From: Bryobacterales bacterium
GTDB taxonomy: Bacteria > Acidobacteriota > Terriglobia > Bryobacterales > UBA6623
Direction: 5' to 3'
Length of the DNA: 64,000 bases
NCBI GenBank assembly: GCA_028819255.1
Contig: JAPPMB010000147.1
Coordinates: forward strand, 80,031 to 144,030
Position numbers and translations under genes: made by a program
Shown here: positions 1 to 9,939 of the stretch, one piece after another
Layout of the letters: the number at the start of each line of letters is the position of its first letter
How positions within the stretch are numbered: position 1 is the stretch's first letter
Notes under the pieces: model-generated
What the model was told of the DNA's origin: nothing
The model's input: only the letters and a program-made list of their open reading frames with translations
The model's database searches: none

Positions 1-1247
1 CCTCCCAGGCACAGCTCCACCGTCCCGCCGGAGTGGCAGTGGACGCAGTAGGGAACGTTTTCGTGGCCGACACTTGGAACCGGAGGATTCGGCGAATCGA
101 TGCGATGTCGGGAGTGATCGAGACGATCGCGGGAAACGGCGAGGCGGGCTTCTCCGGCGACGGCGAAGCAGCAACAGCGGCGATGCTCTTCGCTCCCCAA
201 GGGGTCGCCGTTGACGGTTCGGGAATCGTGTACATCGCCGACACCCTGAACCACAGGGTGCGTCGCATTGACAGCGTCTCGAGGACAATCACTTCGGTCG
301 CCGGTTCCGGGTCGCCAACCGCGAGTTGGACTGGCGGCGAGGCCGGTCAGGCGCGCCTGGCTGCGCCGGTCTCGATTGCGCTGGATGGCTCCGGAAACGT
401 GCTGTTCGTGGACTCGAACCGCCTCTGGAATCTCGATGCCTCAGGAATGATCAAGAAGCTGGCAGGCACGGGGTCGGTGGGGGATTCGGGGGACGGCGGA
501 CCGGCGTCCGAAGCGACGTTCAATCGTCCCCAGGGCATAGTGGCGGACAAGGCCGGCAACGTGTACATCGCTGATACCTCGAACCATCGAATCCGGTGGA
601 TCGATGTCGTGACGGGACTGATCGCGACCTTGGCGGGCACCGGCGAAAGCGGAGATTCGGGGGACGGCGGACCGGCGTCGGACGCCCGGCTCTCCTGGCC
701 GCATGACGTGGCGTTGGACCCGGCCGGGAATGTGCTCGTCGCTGACACCCGGAACCATCGGATCCGGCGGATTGACGTTCTGACCGGAGTGATCGAGACG
801 GTCGGGGCAGTAGGGGGCCGGGGCTCCTCGGAGAACGGCGGATTGGCGTCCGTTCCGGCGCTTCACGCTCCTACCGCAGTCGCGGTTGACAGCGAGGGCA
901 ACATCTACGTGGCGGAACGCTGGAACCGTCGAGTCGTGCGTGTCGACCCTTTCACAGGAGCGGTCGAGACGATCCTGAGTGTCGAGGGCCCCGAGGCCCT
1001 AGCCGCGGACAGTGCCGGCGATCTGCTCGTCGGGGCGGGACACCGGGTCCTGTCGATCGGGCCGGAGGGCGAGACTGTTCTGATCGCCGGCACCGGACGG
1101 GGAGGGTTTTCCGGTGACGGAAAGCCTGCGGCGGGAGCTGAGCTCTCGGTTTCAGGGATTGCTGTCGGTGCAGGCGGGACGATCTGGTTCTCAGACCCGA
1201 TGAGTCGCCGGATTCGCGTGCTCGAACCTTGGGAGTCGCAGAACTGA
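1..1247 (+). CDS. NHL-repeat beta-propeller protein (5' end outside window)
   Basis: Track ORF 33..1247 stays open in the same frame back to the window edge. It has about eight ~45-aa repeats with the NHL pattern (P.GVAVD..GNVYIADT.NHRIRRID...G.I.TLAG.G..G.SGDGGPA). Confidence 0.85.
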   Translation, partial: SQAQLHRPAGVAVDAVGNVFVADTWNRRIRRIDAMSGVIETIAGNGEAGFSGDGEAATAAMLFAPQGVAVDGSGIVYIADTLNHRVRRIDSVSRTITSVAGSGSPTASWTGGEAGQARLAAPVSIALDGSGNVLFVDSNRLWNLDASGMIKKLAGTGSVGDSGDGGPASEATFNRPQGIVADKAGNVYIADTSNHRIRWIDVVTGLIATLAGTGESGDSGDGGPASDARLSWPHDVALDPAGNVLVADTRNHRIRRIDVLTGVIETVGAVGGRGSSENGGLASVPALHAPTAVAVDSEGNIYVAERWNRRVVRVDPFTGAVETILSVEGPEALAADSAGDLLVGAGHRVLSIGPEGETVLIAGTGRGGFSGDGKPAAGAELSVSGIAVGAGGTIWFSDPMSRRIRVLEPWESQN

Positions 1248-2215
1248 GCCATCGGGGTCGCCTCTGCAGTCCGGTTCCGCAGCACGGGCGGTTCAGGCCG
1301 CGTGGGGTGCGCGAAGTAGGCGGGCAGGCCCGGCGCCGGCGCGGCTGGAGCCGGACGCAGCCCGGTGCCAGCGGGCACAACCTGACCTCCGAGCGGTCCG
1401 GGCCACCCTCCTCCTCGGCCCGCACCAGCCGCACCCTGCCTTACACGTATCCGGGCAGGTGGCAGACCCGGTTCTGGATCGTCTCCAGCTCCGACGGTCT
1501 CTCTCCTCGGGACGCGGCTGACACGGCCCCACCGTTTCTGCGATTGCCCCGGTACGCGGCTGATGGCCGCGCACAGTCTCTGCCGGAGAGCACGGCTGAC
1601 GCCGCACTCCACTTCCATGTTGCCCGAGTCTCGCTGCGATCCGGACCAAAGCGCGGCAGCCGCTGCGCACCTGAGAGAGATCAGTACCGCCGGAACAAAG
1701 AACCGGCTTCCAACCTACGGATTCTGAGGAAGACGCGATTGAACACAAGCCCTACCAAGCGCACTGAGCTAACGAGGGACAGAGGGCGGAAACGTCTCAT
1801 GGCAGGATCAAGGGGAGTTTCCGGATTGTCGTCCTCTCAGTGCGGAGGGCCGAATGTCTTCCTGTATCAGTATCCGGGCGTTCTGCGGAGCCCTGTCCGT
1901 TCCGCAGGAATCCGGCATTTCAGCAATTCCGACCCCATCAACTGACAAACGTCGGAAATGAGTCATATCAATAGTGTGAAGTACGAAATCAGCTAACAAC
2001 GCAATATCGAGACGTAGATCCCAACTCACAGACTGCCGAAGTCTGAACGCTATCGAATAGAATCCATATCGTGGGAGCAGAGCAACAATTGCGGATTTCC
2101 AATTGGAACGAGTGCCTGATAATGAAGCATTCCATCCATATTCGGTTGATAGTTATCGTAGTACTGCAATTGGCGAACGAACTGGTCATCCAAGGTGCTA
2201 GACTGGGTTCCGTCG

Positions 2216-3610
2216 ATGGACTACGACGTCTTGGTCATTGGCAGCGGACCGGGCGGTTACGTGGCCGCCATCCGGGCCGCACAGTACGGCCTCAAGGTCG
2301 GCGTCGTTGAGAAGGACCCGCATTTGGGTGGAACCTGCCTGCATGTCGGCTGCATACCGACCAAGGCGCTGCTGCACTTTGCCGAAATCTACGAGGCGGC
2401 ACTGCACGGTGAGGCCATGGGCATCCGCGCCGACAACCTCTCCATCGACCTCGAGGCCATGGGCCGCCGCAAGGGCGAGATCGTCGACCAGCACGCCGTC
2501 GGCATCCGGCAGCTGTTCAGGAAGCACCGGATCGACACGATTCAGGGCTTCGGGACGCTGCTGGGCGAGGCCAGGGTTCGAGTGACCGGCAGCGTGGGGG
2601 TAAGCACGCTGAGGGCCCCGCACGTGATCCTCGCGACGGGCTCCGAAGCGCGCATGCTGCCCGGACTCGATCCGGCTTCAGGCCGGATTCTGACCAACGT
2701 CGAGATTCTCGAGCTCAAGCAGGTTCCGGCCTCGCTTGGCATCATCGGGGCGGGAGCCGTGGGCGTCGAGTTCGCCTCGATGTTCCGCAGCTTTGGTGCG
2801 GAGGTCGCGCTCTTCGAAATGCTGCCCAGAATCGTCCCCGTGGAGGACGAGGAAGTCTCTTCCGGACTGCTGGGGGCGTTTCGGTCCAAGGGCATCGAGG
2901 TCTTTTGCGGCGCCGCCGTGGAGGAGGTTGGGGAGACGGACGAGGGCGTGGAAGTGCGGTTCTCGGGAGAGGACGGCCAGAGGCAGGTTCGCGAGTTCGA
3001 GAAGCTGCTGGTTGCGGTGGGGCGGAAGCCGAACACAGACCGCATCGGCTTTGAGAACACCGCGATCCGGACCGAGAACGGCTTCGTCCCAGTCAACGGC
3101 TACATGGAGACGGCCGAGATGGGCGTCTACGCGATCGGGGACATCGTGGCCGGCTCGCCCCAGCTCGCCCATGTCGCTTCGGCGGAGGGCATGGTGGCCG
3201 CCGCCCGGATCGCCGGCAAGGACGCGCATCCGATCGACTACGACCGCAACCCGAACTGCACCTACTGCGATCCCCAGGTGGCCAGCGTAGGCCTGTCGGA
3301 GGCAAGGGCTCGCGAAGCAGGGCAGCGGGTGAAGGTCGCGAAGTTCCCGTTCGCCGCGAACAGCAAGGCGTCCATCCTCGGCAGCCGCGCCGGTTTCGTC
3401 AAGGTCGTGGCCGACGAGGAGTTCGGGGAGATCCTGGGCGTGCACATCCTCGGCCCGCAGGCGACCGAGCTCATCCACGAGGCCGTCGTCGCGATGCAGA
3501 GCGAGGCCACGGTGGAGTCGATGCGTGCGACCATTCACGCGCACCCCACCCTGTCCGAGGCTGTGCTCGACGCCTTCAACGGCATCTATGGGCAGGCGAT
3601 CAATGCCTGA
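2216..3610 (+). CDS. lpdA: dihydrolipoyl dehydrogenase (E3)
   Basis: N-terminal FAD fold MDYDVLVIGSGPGGYVAA, redox disulfide motif GGTCLHVGCIPTK and C-terminal HAHPTLSE. I chose the ATG at 2216 inside track ORF 2195..3610. Confidence 0.95.
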   Translation: MDYDVLVIGSGPGGYVAAIRAAQYGLKVGVVEKDPHLGGTCLHVGCIPTKALLHFAEIYEAALHGEAMGIRADNLSIDLEAMGRRKGEIVDQHAVGIRQLFRKHRIDTIQGFGTLLGEARVRVTGSVGVSTLRAPHVILATGSEARMLPGLDPASGRILTNVEILELKQVPASLGIIGAGAVGVEFASMFRSFGAEVALFEMLPRIVPVEDEEVSSGLLGAFRSKGIEVFCGAAVEEVGETDEGVEVRFSGEDGQRQVREFEKLLVAVGRKPNTDRIGFENTAIRTENGFVPVNGYMETAEMGVYAIGDIVAGSPQLAHVASAEGMVAAARIAGKDAHPIDYDRNPNCTYCDPQVASVGLSEARAREAGQRVKVAKFPFAANSKASILGSRAGFVKVVADEEFGEILGVHILGPQATELIHEAVVAMQSEATVESMRATIHAHPTLSEAVLDAFNGIYGQAINA

Positions 3611-4364
3611 AGCCATGGTGGCTGCGCCTGGGGGTGCCGGTCCGGGTCCGTCTGCCGGCGTTGCGCCTTGTCAGGTCCGAGACCTTGGCCGCGCAGGCTA
3701 CGGGGAGGCGTGGGACATCCAGCGGGAGCTTGCCCGCGCCCGCAAGGCGGACGAGGTCTGCGATCAGCTGGTTCTCGTCGAGCATCCGCCCACGATCACG
3801 CTCGGACGCAATGCCGACGCGGCCCACGTCCTGGCCGATCCGACCCGGCTACGTCGCCTCGGCGTGGACCTCCACGAGACCAACCGGGGGGGTGACGTTA
3901 CCTACCACGGGCCCGGGCAGCTTGTCGCCTATCCGATCCTTGATCTCAAGCAGTGGCGCCGCGATGTCGGCGCCTACCTGCGGGCACTTGAGGAGGTCAT
4001 GATCCGGACACTGCGCGGCTTCGGCATTCGGGCCGGGAGGGTGTCCGGACTGACCGGAGTGTGGGTTGGGGACGCGAAGATCGGGGCGCTCGGCGTCCAT
4101 CTCAGCCGCTGGGTGACCTCGCACGGGCTGGCCCTCAACGTTGCACCGGATCTCGGCCATTTCGCTTTGATCGTCCCCTGCGGACTGAGCAGGCCGGTCA
4201 CGTCGATGGAGCGGATTCTTGGTCATGCGCCGAACCTGGAGGCCGTCGCTCGCTCGCTGGCCGAGCGGTTCGGCGAGGTTTTCGGGCGCACGATGACCGA
4301 AGTGGCGTCCCCAACTAAGATCGAGAGAGAAAGCCTGAGAGCGAGGGCCGCCGGACATGGGTGA
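3603..4364 (+). CDS. lipB: lipoyl(octanoyl) transferase
   Basis: LipB motifs are present: LVLVEHPPTITLGRNA, NRGGDVTYHGPGQLVAYPILDL, GDAKIGALGVH. The ATG at 3603 overlaps the lpdA stop. The exact start (3603 vs 3615) is uncertain. Confidence 0.88.
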   Translation: MPEAMVAAPGGAGPGPSAGVAPCQVRDLGRAGYGEAWDIQRELARARKADEVCDQLVLVEHPPTITLGRNADAAHVLADPTRLRRLGVDLHETNRGGDVTYHGPGQLVAYPILDLKQWRRDVGAYLRALEEVMIRTLRGFGIRAGRVSGLTGVWVGDAKIGALGVHLSRWVTSHGLALNVAPDLGHFALIVPCGLSRPVTSMERILGHAPNLEAVARSLAERFGEVFGRTMTEVASPTKIERESLRARAAGHG

Positions 4365-5610
4365 AGTTGTGATGCCCCAGATGGGGGAGAGCCTTGTCGA
4401 AGGAACGATCACCAAGTGGCTGAAACAGCCGGGTGAGCGCGTCGAGCGCGACGAGGTGCTGTTCGAGATCTCGACCGACAAGGTCGATTCCGAGGTGCCG
4501 GCTCCCGACTCGGGAGTTCTGGAGGCGGTATTCTTTCCCGAGGGCGAAACGGTCGAGATCAATACGGTCGTCGCCGTCATCGGCGACGGCTCGGGGATCG
4601 GCCGGCACGGCTCGCCGACAGCGCCCCCACCGGATTCGCCGGTCGAGGCACCCCCTGCACGGCCCGCGCCGCCCCCGCCTCCTGCGGCGGAGACGCGCGA
4701 GCCTCCACGCAGGGCTCCGAAGAGAATTCACAGCTCGCCGCTGGTCCGTCGCATCGCCAGGGAAAAGGGCGTCGATCTCTCCGCCGTCGGCAAGGGCAGC
4801 GGCGCCGGAGGCCGGATCACCAAGAACGACATCCTGGCTTACGTCGACCGTCAGGAGCGCGCCGTCTCGTCCGGGCTGCCGGCAACCGCGTTCCCCGACG
4901 TGCCGGAGTCCCGGTTCGGTCAGTTCGACGTCGAGCCGCTGAGCGCGATGCGCGTGAGCATCGCCGAGCACATGGTGCGGACCAAGCGGGTCTCTCCGCA
5001 CGTTTCCGCCATCCACCGCGTGGATTGCACCAGGATCGCCAGGGAACGAAGCGCCGCAAAGGACCGATTCCTGGAGCAGAACGGCACCAAGCTCACGTAC
5101 ATGCCGTTCTTCCTGCAGGCGGTGTCGTCCGCGCTCAAGGCCTATCCGCTGGTCAACTCGTCACTGGATGGTAGGAACGTCGTCCGGCACAGGGAAATCA
5201 ACGTCGGCTTCGCCGTGGCCTTGGACTGGGGCCTGATCGTCCCGGTCATCCGCAACGCAGACGAGAAGAGTCTGCTGGGACTGCAGCGGTCGGTCAACGA
5301 CCTCGCCGCGCGCGCCAGGTCCAAGGCGCTCAAGCCGGACGAGATCTCGGAGGGGACCTTTTCGATCTCCAACTACGGCAGCTACAACTCGCTGCTCGCC
5401 ACCCCGGCCATCAACCAGCCGCAGGTCGCAATCCTCGGGATCGGGGCGGTCACCAAGATGCCGGTGGTCATCAACGACGCCATAGCCATCCGGTCGATGT
5501 CGTACCTGACGCTGAGCTTCGACCACCGCGTGATCGACGGCGCGACGGGCGCCCTGTTCCTCGAGCACGTTCGCGAGATCATTGAGAGCTGGAACGTGCC
5601 GGTTCTCTAG
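4357..5610 (+). CDS. 2-oxoacid dehydrogenase E2 (dihydrolipoamide acyltransferase)
   Basis: It has a lipoyl domain (MPQMGESLVEGTITKW...EISTDKVDSEVPAP), a Pro/Ala linker, an E3-binding segment (SSPLVRRIAREKGVDLS) and a catalytic domain with DHRVIDG. The start overlaps the lipB stop. Substrate class cannot be resolved by eye. Confidence 0.9.
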   Translation: MGEVVMPQMGESLVEGTITKWLKQPGERVERDEVLFEISTDKVDSEVPAPDSGVLEAVFFPEGETVEINTVVAVIGDGSGIGRHGSPTAPPPDSPVEAPPARPAPPPPPAAETREPPRRAPKRIHSSPLVRRIAREKGVDLSAVGKGSGAGGRITKNDILAYVDRQERAVSSGLPATAFPDVPESRFGQFDVEPLSAMRVSIAEHMVRTKRVSPHVSAIHRVDCTRIARERSAAKDRFLEQNGTKLTYMPFFLQAVSSALKAYPLVNSSLDGRNVVRHREINVGFAVALDWGLIVPVIRNADEKSLLGLQRSVNDLAARARSKALKPDEISEGTFSISNYGSYNSLLATPAINQPQVAILGIGAVTKMPVVINDAIAIRSMSYLTLSFDHRVIDGATGALFLEHVREIIESWNVPVL

Positions 5611-5656
5611 GACCGGCCTGGGAAGCGGCGCAGGCTCTGATAAGGTCTCGGCAGCG

Positions 5657-6790
5657 ATGCGCGTCCTGATACCCAATCTGGGTTCGACCTCGCTGAAGTA
5701 CCGGCTGCTGCGGTTCCCGGGCGAGCAGCAGCTCGCCGCCGGCCGGATGGAGCGCATCGGCCGCCCGGGGGGCGACGCAGCCAGTTACTCGGATGCGATC
5801 GGATCGGTGCTCCGCGAGGTCGGAGAGATCCAAGCGGTCGGCTTCAAGGCCGTGCATGCCGGGCCCTTCTACCGGGGGACGTTCCGGATCGACGACGGCC
5901 TGCTGGCCGCCCTCGAGGAGTACGCGCCGGCGGCGCCCCTGCACAACGGGATCTACCTGGAGGGAATCCGCGAGTTCCGCGCCCTGTGTCCGGGTCTGCC
6001 GCTCGTGGCGGTCATGGAGACGGGCTTTCACAGCACCGTTCCGGATCACGCCAGCACCTACGGGATCCCTGCGGAGTGGCGTCGCAGGCACGGCATCCGT
6101 CGCTACGGATTCCACGGGGCCTCCCACCGCTCGATCGGCAGGCGCGTGCCCGCGCTCCTGGGCGCGGAGGAGTCCGGCCTGCGGACGATATCGTGCCACC
6201 TGGGGGGGAGCTCGTCGATCTGCGCGATCCGGAACGGCCGTTCGTGCGACGTCTCGATGGGATTCTCGCCGCAGACCGGCCTCGAGAACGCGACCCGCCA
6301 CGGAGAGCTGGATCCCTTCGCGGTGCTGTTCCTGATGGACCGGCTCGGAATGAGCGCCGCGGCCATGCGCGACACGCTCGTCAGGGACGGCGGGCTGGCC
6401 GGACTCTCCGGGATTGCCGGCGGCGACGTGCGGGACATTGAGGCCGCCGCCCGCGAGGGCAGCGAGGCGGCGGAACTGGCGCTGGCGGTGTTCGCATACC
6501 AGGCGAAGAAGACGATCGGGGCCTTCGCGGCCGCCATGGGCGGCGCGGACGCGCTGGCCTTCACCGGGGGGATCGGCGAGAACTCGGCCTCGCTCCGGCA
6601 AAGGATCTGCGACGGGCTCCAGTTCCTCGGGATCGAGCTGGACCCCGAAAGGAACGCCGCCGCCGTGCCGGACTGCAGCATCGGCCGCCGCGGGAGCCGT
6701 GTCGCCTGCCTCGTGCTCGCCGCGCAGGAGGAGCTGGTGGTCGGCCGCGAGGTCTACCGACTTCTGGGCGGCGGCCCGCCCTCAGGGTAG
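5657..6790 (+). CDS. ackA: acetate/propionate-family kinase
   Basis: The ATG at 5657 gives MRVLIPNLGSTSLKYRLL. The motifs RRYGFHGASHRS and AFTGGIGENS are typical of acetate kinase. Confidence 0.85.
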   Translation: MRVLIPNLGSTSLKYRLLRFPGEQQLAAGRMERIGRPGGDAASYSDAIGSVLREVGEIQAVGFKAVHAGPFYRGTFRIDDGLLAALEEYAPAAPLHNGIYLEGIREFRALCPGLPLVAVMETGFHSTVPDHASTYGIPAEWRRRHGIRRYGFHGASHRSIGRRVPALLGAEESGLRTISCHLGGSSSICAIRNGRSCDVSMGFSPQTGLENATRHGELDPFAVLFLMDRLGMSAAAMRDTLVRDGGLAGLSGIAGGDVRDIEAAAREGSEAAELALAVFAYQAKKTIGAFAAAMGGADALAFTGGIGENSASLRQRICDGLQFLGIELDPERNAAAVPDCSIGRRGSRVACLVLAAQEELVVGREVYRLLGGGPPSG

Positions 6791-8464
6791 CCAGAGAATC
6801 CCCTTCGCCAGGGCGATCAGGGCGATCACGACCAGTGCGGCCACGGCGAGGCCGTTGAGGTCAATGCGGAAGCGGCGGTAGAACGCCGCGAATCCCTGGG
6901 AGAGCCGCAGATCGAAGAGGTGGACGAACAGGAGCGCGTTTCCGTCGGTGCGGTCAGCCATCTCCCTGCCGTCCGCCTCGTTCCAGCGCGAGGCCCGGCC
7001 CAGCCTCTCGTAGAACCGCCGGGTCCGTTCCCGAGGCTCCTCCGGCGTCAGCAGGCTTGCCGCGGCCAGGGCCAGGAAGCCGACGAGCAGGGCGATTCCG
7101 AAATTGTCGGCCTCCCACTGCAGCAGCACGCCGTGCTCCCGGTAGGTGAGCCAGAAGAACAGGCCCGAGGACGCGAGCAGGCTGGCGAGCGCCCCCCACC
7201 GGTTCGACCTTCTCCACGAGATCGCGCCGAACATGCTGATCCCCATGAACGCGGCGATCGTCTCGGTGAACAGGAATGCCTGCAGGACGCTGCCGACGTA
7301 CAGCCCGAAGACGACTCCGAGCAGGGTCATGGCCACGCCGGCGAACCGGCCCGACCACAGGTAGTGACGGTCGCTGCGGTCTCTCGCCACGTAGCGGCGA
7401 TAGAGATTCTGCGTGAACAGCGCGGCGCTGTCGACCATGAAGGCGGAGCCCGTCGACATGTTGGCCGCAAGGACGCAGGCGATCATCAACCCCAGCCCCC
7501 CCGGAAACAGCAGTTCCCGCGTCGCGTACCCGAACGCATCCTCGGGATCGGCGAACGCGGCCTCTCCGCGCTGCACGAGCAATGTCGCCACGATGATGCC
7601 GACCAGAGCCCATCCGATGGTGCAGAAGCGCTTGATGAAGTTGCCGTACGCCATGCCGATCCGGCAGGATCGCTCGTCTCTGCCGGTGCCCACGCTTGCT
7701 AGGATGTGCGGCTGAGCGACAATCCCGATCAGGCCGTTCAGCGTGAGCATGACGATCGTGAACACGCCGACATCGCCCGGAGTGACCATCGAGAGCATGC
7801 CCGGCTCGAGCGTGTCGCGGATGCCGGTGAATCCGCCGGTCTCGCGCAGGCCGATCGGGATCAGAAGGAAGCTCAGCGCAACGATGAAGATGCTTTGGAC
7901 GAAGTCCGTGTAGGCGGCGGACACCAGGCCGCCCACGAAGCTGTACAGCAGAAACGTGGCGGTCATTGCAAGAACGACCGCGTTCGCGGACACCGCCTCG
8001 CCCGAAGCGACGCTGACCAGCTTGCCGGCCCCCTTGAGCATCGCTCCCATGTTGAAGGTGAAGTACGCCAGGGCGAAGAGCGTGTAGACCGCGCCCATCC
8101 AGCTGCCGTATCTGTCTTCGTAGACCTCCCCCGTGGTCGTCCGTCGAAACCGGCGGAACAGCGGGGCGAGAATCCAGTAGAACGGAGTGATGAAGAGGTT
8201 CTTCCACTGGTACCAGATGCCGGCGTAGCCGGACTGGTAGACCTTTCCCGCCAGCGACACGGGCATTTCGGCATGAGTGCCCACGCCGAGGGCCTGCCCG
8301 ATGACAAGCCACACGCTGAAGCTGCGATTGCCGAGGAAGTAGTCGGCGGTCTTCCTAACTCTCCGAGCCGCGTACAGCCCCACGGCGACCATCGCCACGA
8401 AATAGAGCGCGATGACCGCCCAATCGACCGACTGCAAGCTGGTTTCCATTTGCGAGCCGCCCAT
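6782..8464 (-). CDS. sodium:solute symporter family transporter
   Basis: The start MGGSQMETSLQSVDWAVIALYFVAMVAVGLYAARRVRKTADYFLGNRSF is followed by many hydrophobic helices. The upstream 367 codons of track ORF 6782..9568 are Arg/Pro/Gly junk and overlap the next symporter gene. Confidence 0.85.
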   Translation of the reverse strand: MGGSQMETSLQSVDWAVIALYFVAMVAVGLYAARRVRKTADYFLGNRSFSVWLVIGQALGVGTHAEMPVSLAGKVYQSGYAGIWYQWKNLFITPFYWILAPLFRRFRRTTTGEVYEDRYGSWMGAVYTLFALAYFTFNMGAMLKGAGKLVSVASGEAVSANAVVLAMTATFLLYSFVGGLVSAAYTDFVQSIFIVALSFLLIPIGLRETGGFTGIRDTLEPGMLSMVTPGDVGVFTIVMLTLNGLIGIVAQPHILASVGTGRDERSCRIGMAYGNFIKRFCTIGWALVGIIVATLLVQRGEAAFADPEDAFGYATRELLFPGGLGLMIACVLAANMSTGSAFMVDSAALFTQNLYRRYVARDRSDRHYLWSGRFAGVAMTLLGVVFGLYVGSVLQAFLFTETIAAFMGISMFGAISWRRSNRWGALASLLASSGLFFWLTYREHGVLLQWEADNFGIALLVGFLALAAASLLTPEEPRERTRRFYERLGRASRWNEADGREMADRTDGNALLFVHLFDLRLSQGFAAFYRRFRIDLNGLAVAALVVIALIALAKGILWLP

Positions 8465-8535
8465 TATACGAGCGGGGCGGTAGGCCGGGCCGACCCAGTG
8501 GGCACGGGACGGGTGTCGGGCGGGAGGTGCGGGCT

Positions 8536-9939
8536 TCAGCCTCCGGGACTGCCGCCCGGCGCGTCGATCCGGGACCGCAGAAGGCCCCGGGCGACGAAGA
8601 CCGCCGCACTGGCCGCAATGCCGGCGGGAACGGGCCCGAGCCAGCCGCCCAGCGCGTCCGGCACGAGGAGGGCAAGCCCGGCGGCCGCCAGCGAGAAGCC
8701 CATGGCTGCGAGGGCCGTAGCCTGTCCCGGCCGCCTCCAGTACAGTCCCGCCAGCAACGGCACGAACAGGGTGATCGTCAGCAGACTGTAGAAGAAGCCG
8801 AGCGCGGACAGGATCGACCGGAACCACCTTGCCAGAAGGATGCCCGCGAGGCCTGCGACCACAGCCGACAGTCGTGTCCGGGCGAGCAGCGCCGCGTCCC
8901 GCAGCCGCCCGCCGGACAGCGGCTCGATCACGTCCCGCGCCGCGGAGGTTGTGATCATGAAGAGCACGGCGTCGGCTGAGCTGATCTCCGCCGAGAAGAC
9001 CGCGGCGAGCATCAGGGCGCCAAGCCAGGTCGGAGCGGCCTCGCCGAGCAGCCGGATCAGCGCCAGGCCCGGATCGTCCAGGTCCGGGAAGTGGACGCGT
9101 GCGATCATCCCGAGCAGCACGGGAAGAAACGCGAATCCCAGCAGGGCAGCTCCCTGCAGCCCGACGCCTGTCCGGACGGCGGACTCGTCTCTTGCGCCGA
9201 ACAGTTTCTGGACAAGGCCGGGGGAGACCATGAAGGCAGGTGCCAGCATCAGGACCATTTGCGCGATCGCTGCGGATCCGGTCGCGTCGCGCGGCACTGC
9301 CTGGGCATTCGGTGCCGCTGCCGCCAGCCCGGCCCAGCCGCCGCCGGCCCGAAGCATCCAAGGCACCGCGATTGCGAATCCGGCCACCTTCACCACGACC
9401 TGCAGTGAATTGACCCACGCGGCCGACCGAAGGCCGCCCATCACGAAGTAGGCCGTTGCGACGCATCCGCCCAGCACAAGGCCCCATTGCTCGGGCACTC
9501 CGGCCACGACGCGCAACACCAGCCCGACCGCGATGATCTGGCCGGCTAGGATCGCGGGTGCGCCACAAAGCAGGATGACGGCGGCGACCAGACGCGTCGT
9601 CCGTCCGTAGCGCGCTTCAAGGAGATCGCCCACCGTGTACAGGCTGAGGCGGCTGGCGACACGGTGGAGACGGGGCCCGACCGCAAACGCAAGCAGCAGC
9701 GAGCCGATGCCGGCCGAGCCCACCCACCACCACGCAGCCAGGCCGTCCGTGTATCCGAACCCCGCCGCTCCCACGGTGCTCCCCGCCCCGAGATTCGCCG
9801 CCAGGAAGGTTGCGAAGACCAGGGACGGGGACAGGTTCCGGCCGGCGACGAAGAAATCCTCGGCTCGGCGGACGGAACGCGATGCGTACGCCCCGACGAG
9901 CAGCAGAAGAAGGCAGTACGCAATCAGGAAGACGAGCAT
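8536..9939 (-). CDS. sodium:solute symporter family transporter
   Basis: The N-terminus MLVFLIAYCLLLLLVGAYASRSVRRAEDFFVAGRNLSP is typical of the SSS family. The protein is polytopic throughout. Confidence 0.85.
   Translation of the reverse strand: MLVFLIAYCLLLLLVGAYASRSVRRAEDFFVAGRNLSPSLVFATFLAANLGAGSTVGAAGFGYTDGLAAWWWVGSAGIGSLLLAFAVGPRLHRVASRLSLYTVGDLLEARYGRTTRLVAAVILLCGAPAILAGQIIAVGLVLRVVAGVPEQWGLVLGGCVATAYFVMGGLRSAAWVNSLQVVVKVAGFAIAVPWMLRAGGGWAGLAAAAPNAQAVPRDATGSAAIAQMVLMLAPAFMVSPGLVQKLFGARDESAVRTGVGLQGAALLGFAFLPVLLGMIARVHFPDLDDPGLALIRLLGEAAPTWLGALMLAAVFSAEISSADAVLFMITTSAARDVIEPLSGGRLRDAALLARTRLSAVVAGLAGILLARWFRSILSALGFFYSLLTITLFVPLLAGLYWRRPGQATALAAMGFSLAAAGLALLVPDALGGWLGPVPAGIAASAAVFVARGLLRSRIDAPGGSPGG

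Noticed and set aside
8465-9568. N-terminal 367 codons of the 928-aa track ORF 6782..9568
   Set aside because: The translation is an Arg/Gly/Pro-rich string that overlaps the upstream symporter gene in another frame. A sensible start (MGGSQMETS…) exists at 8464.
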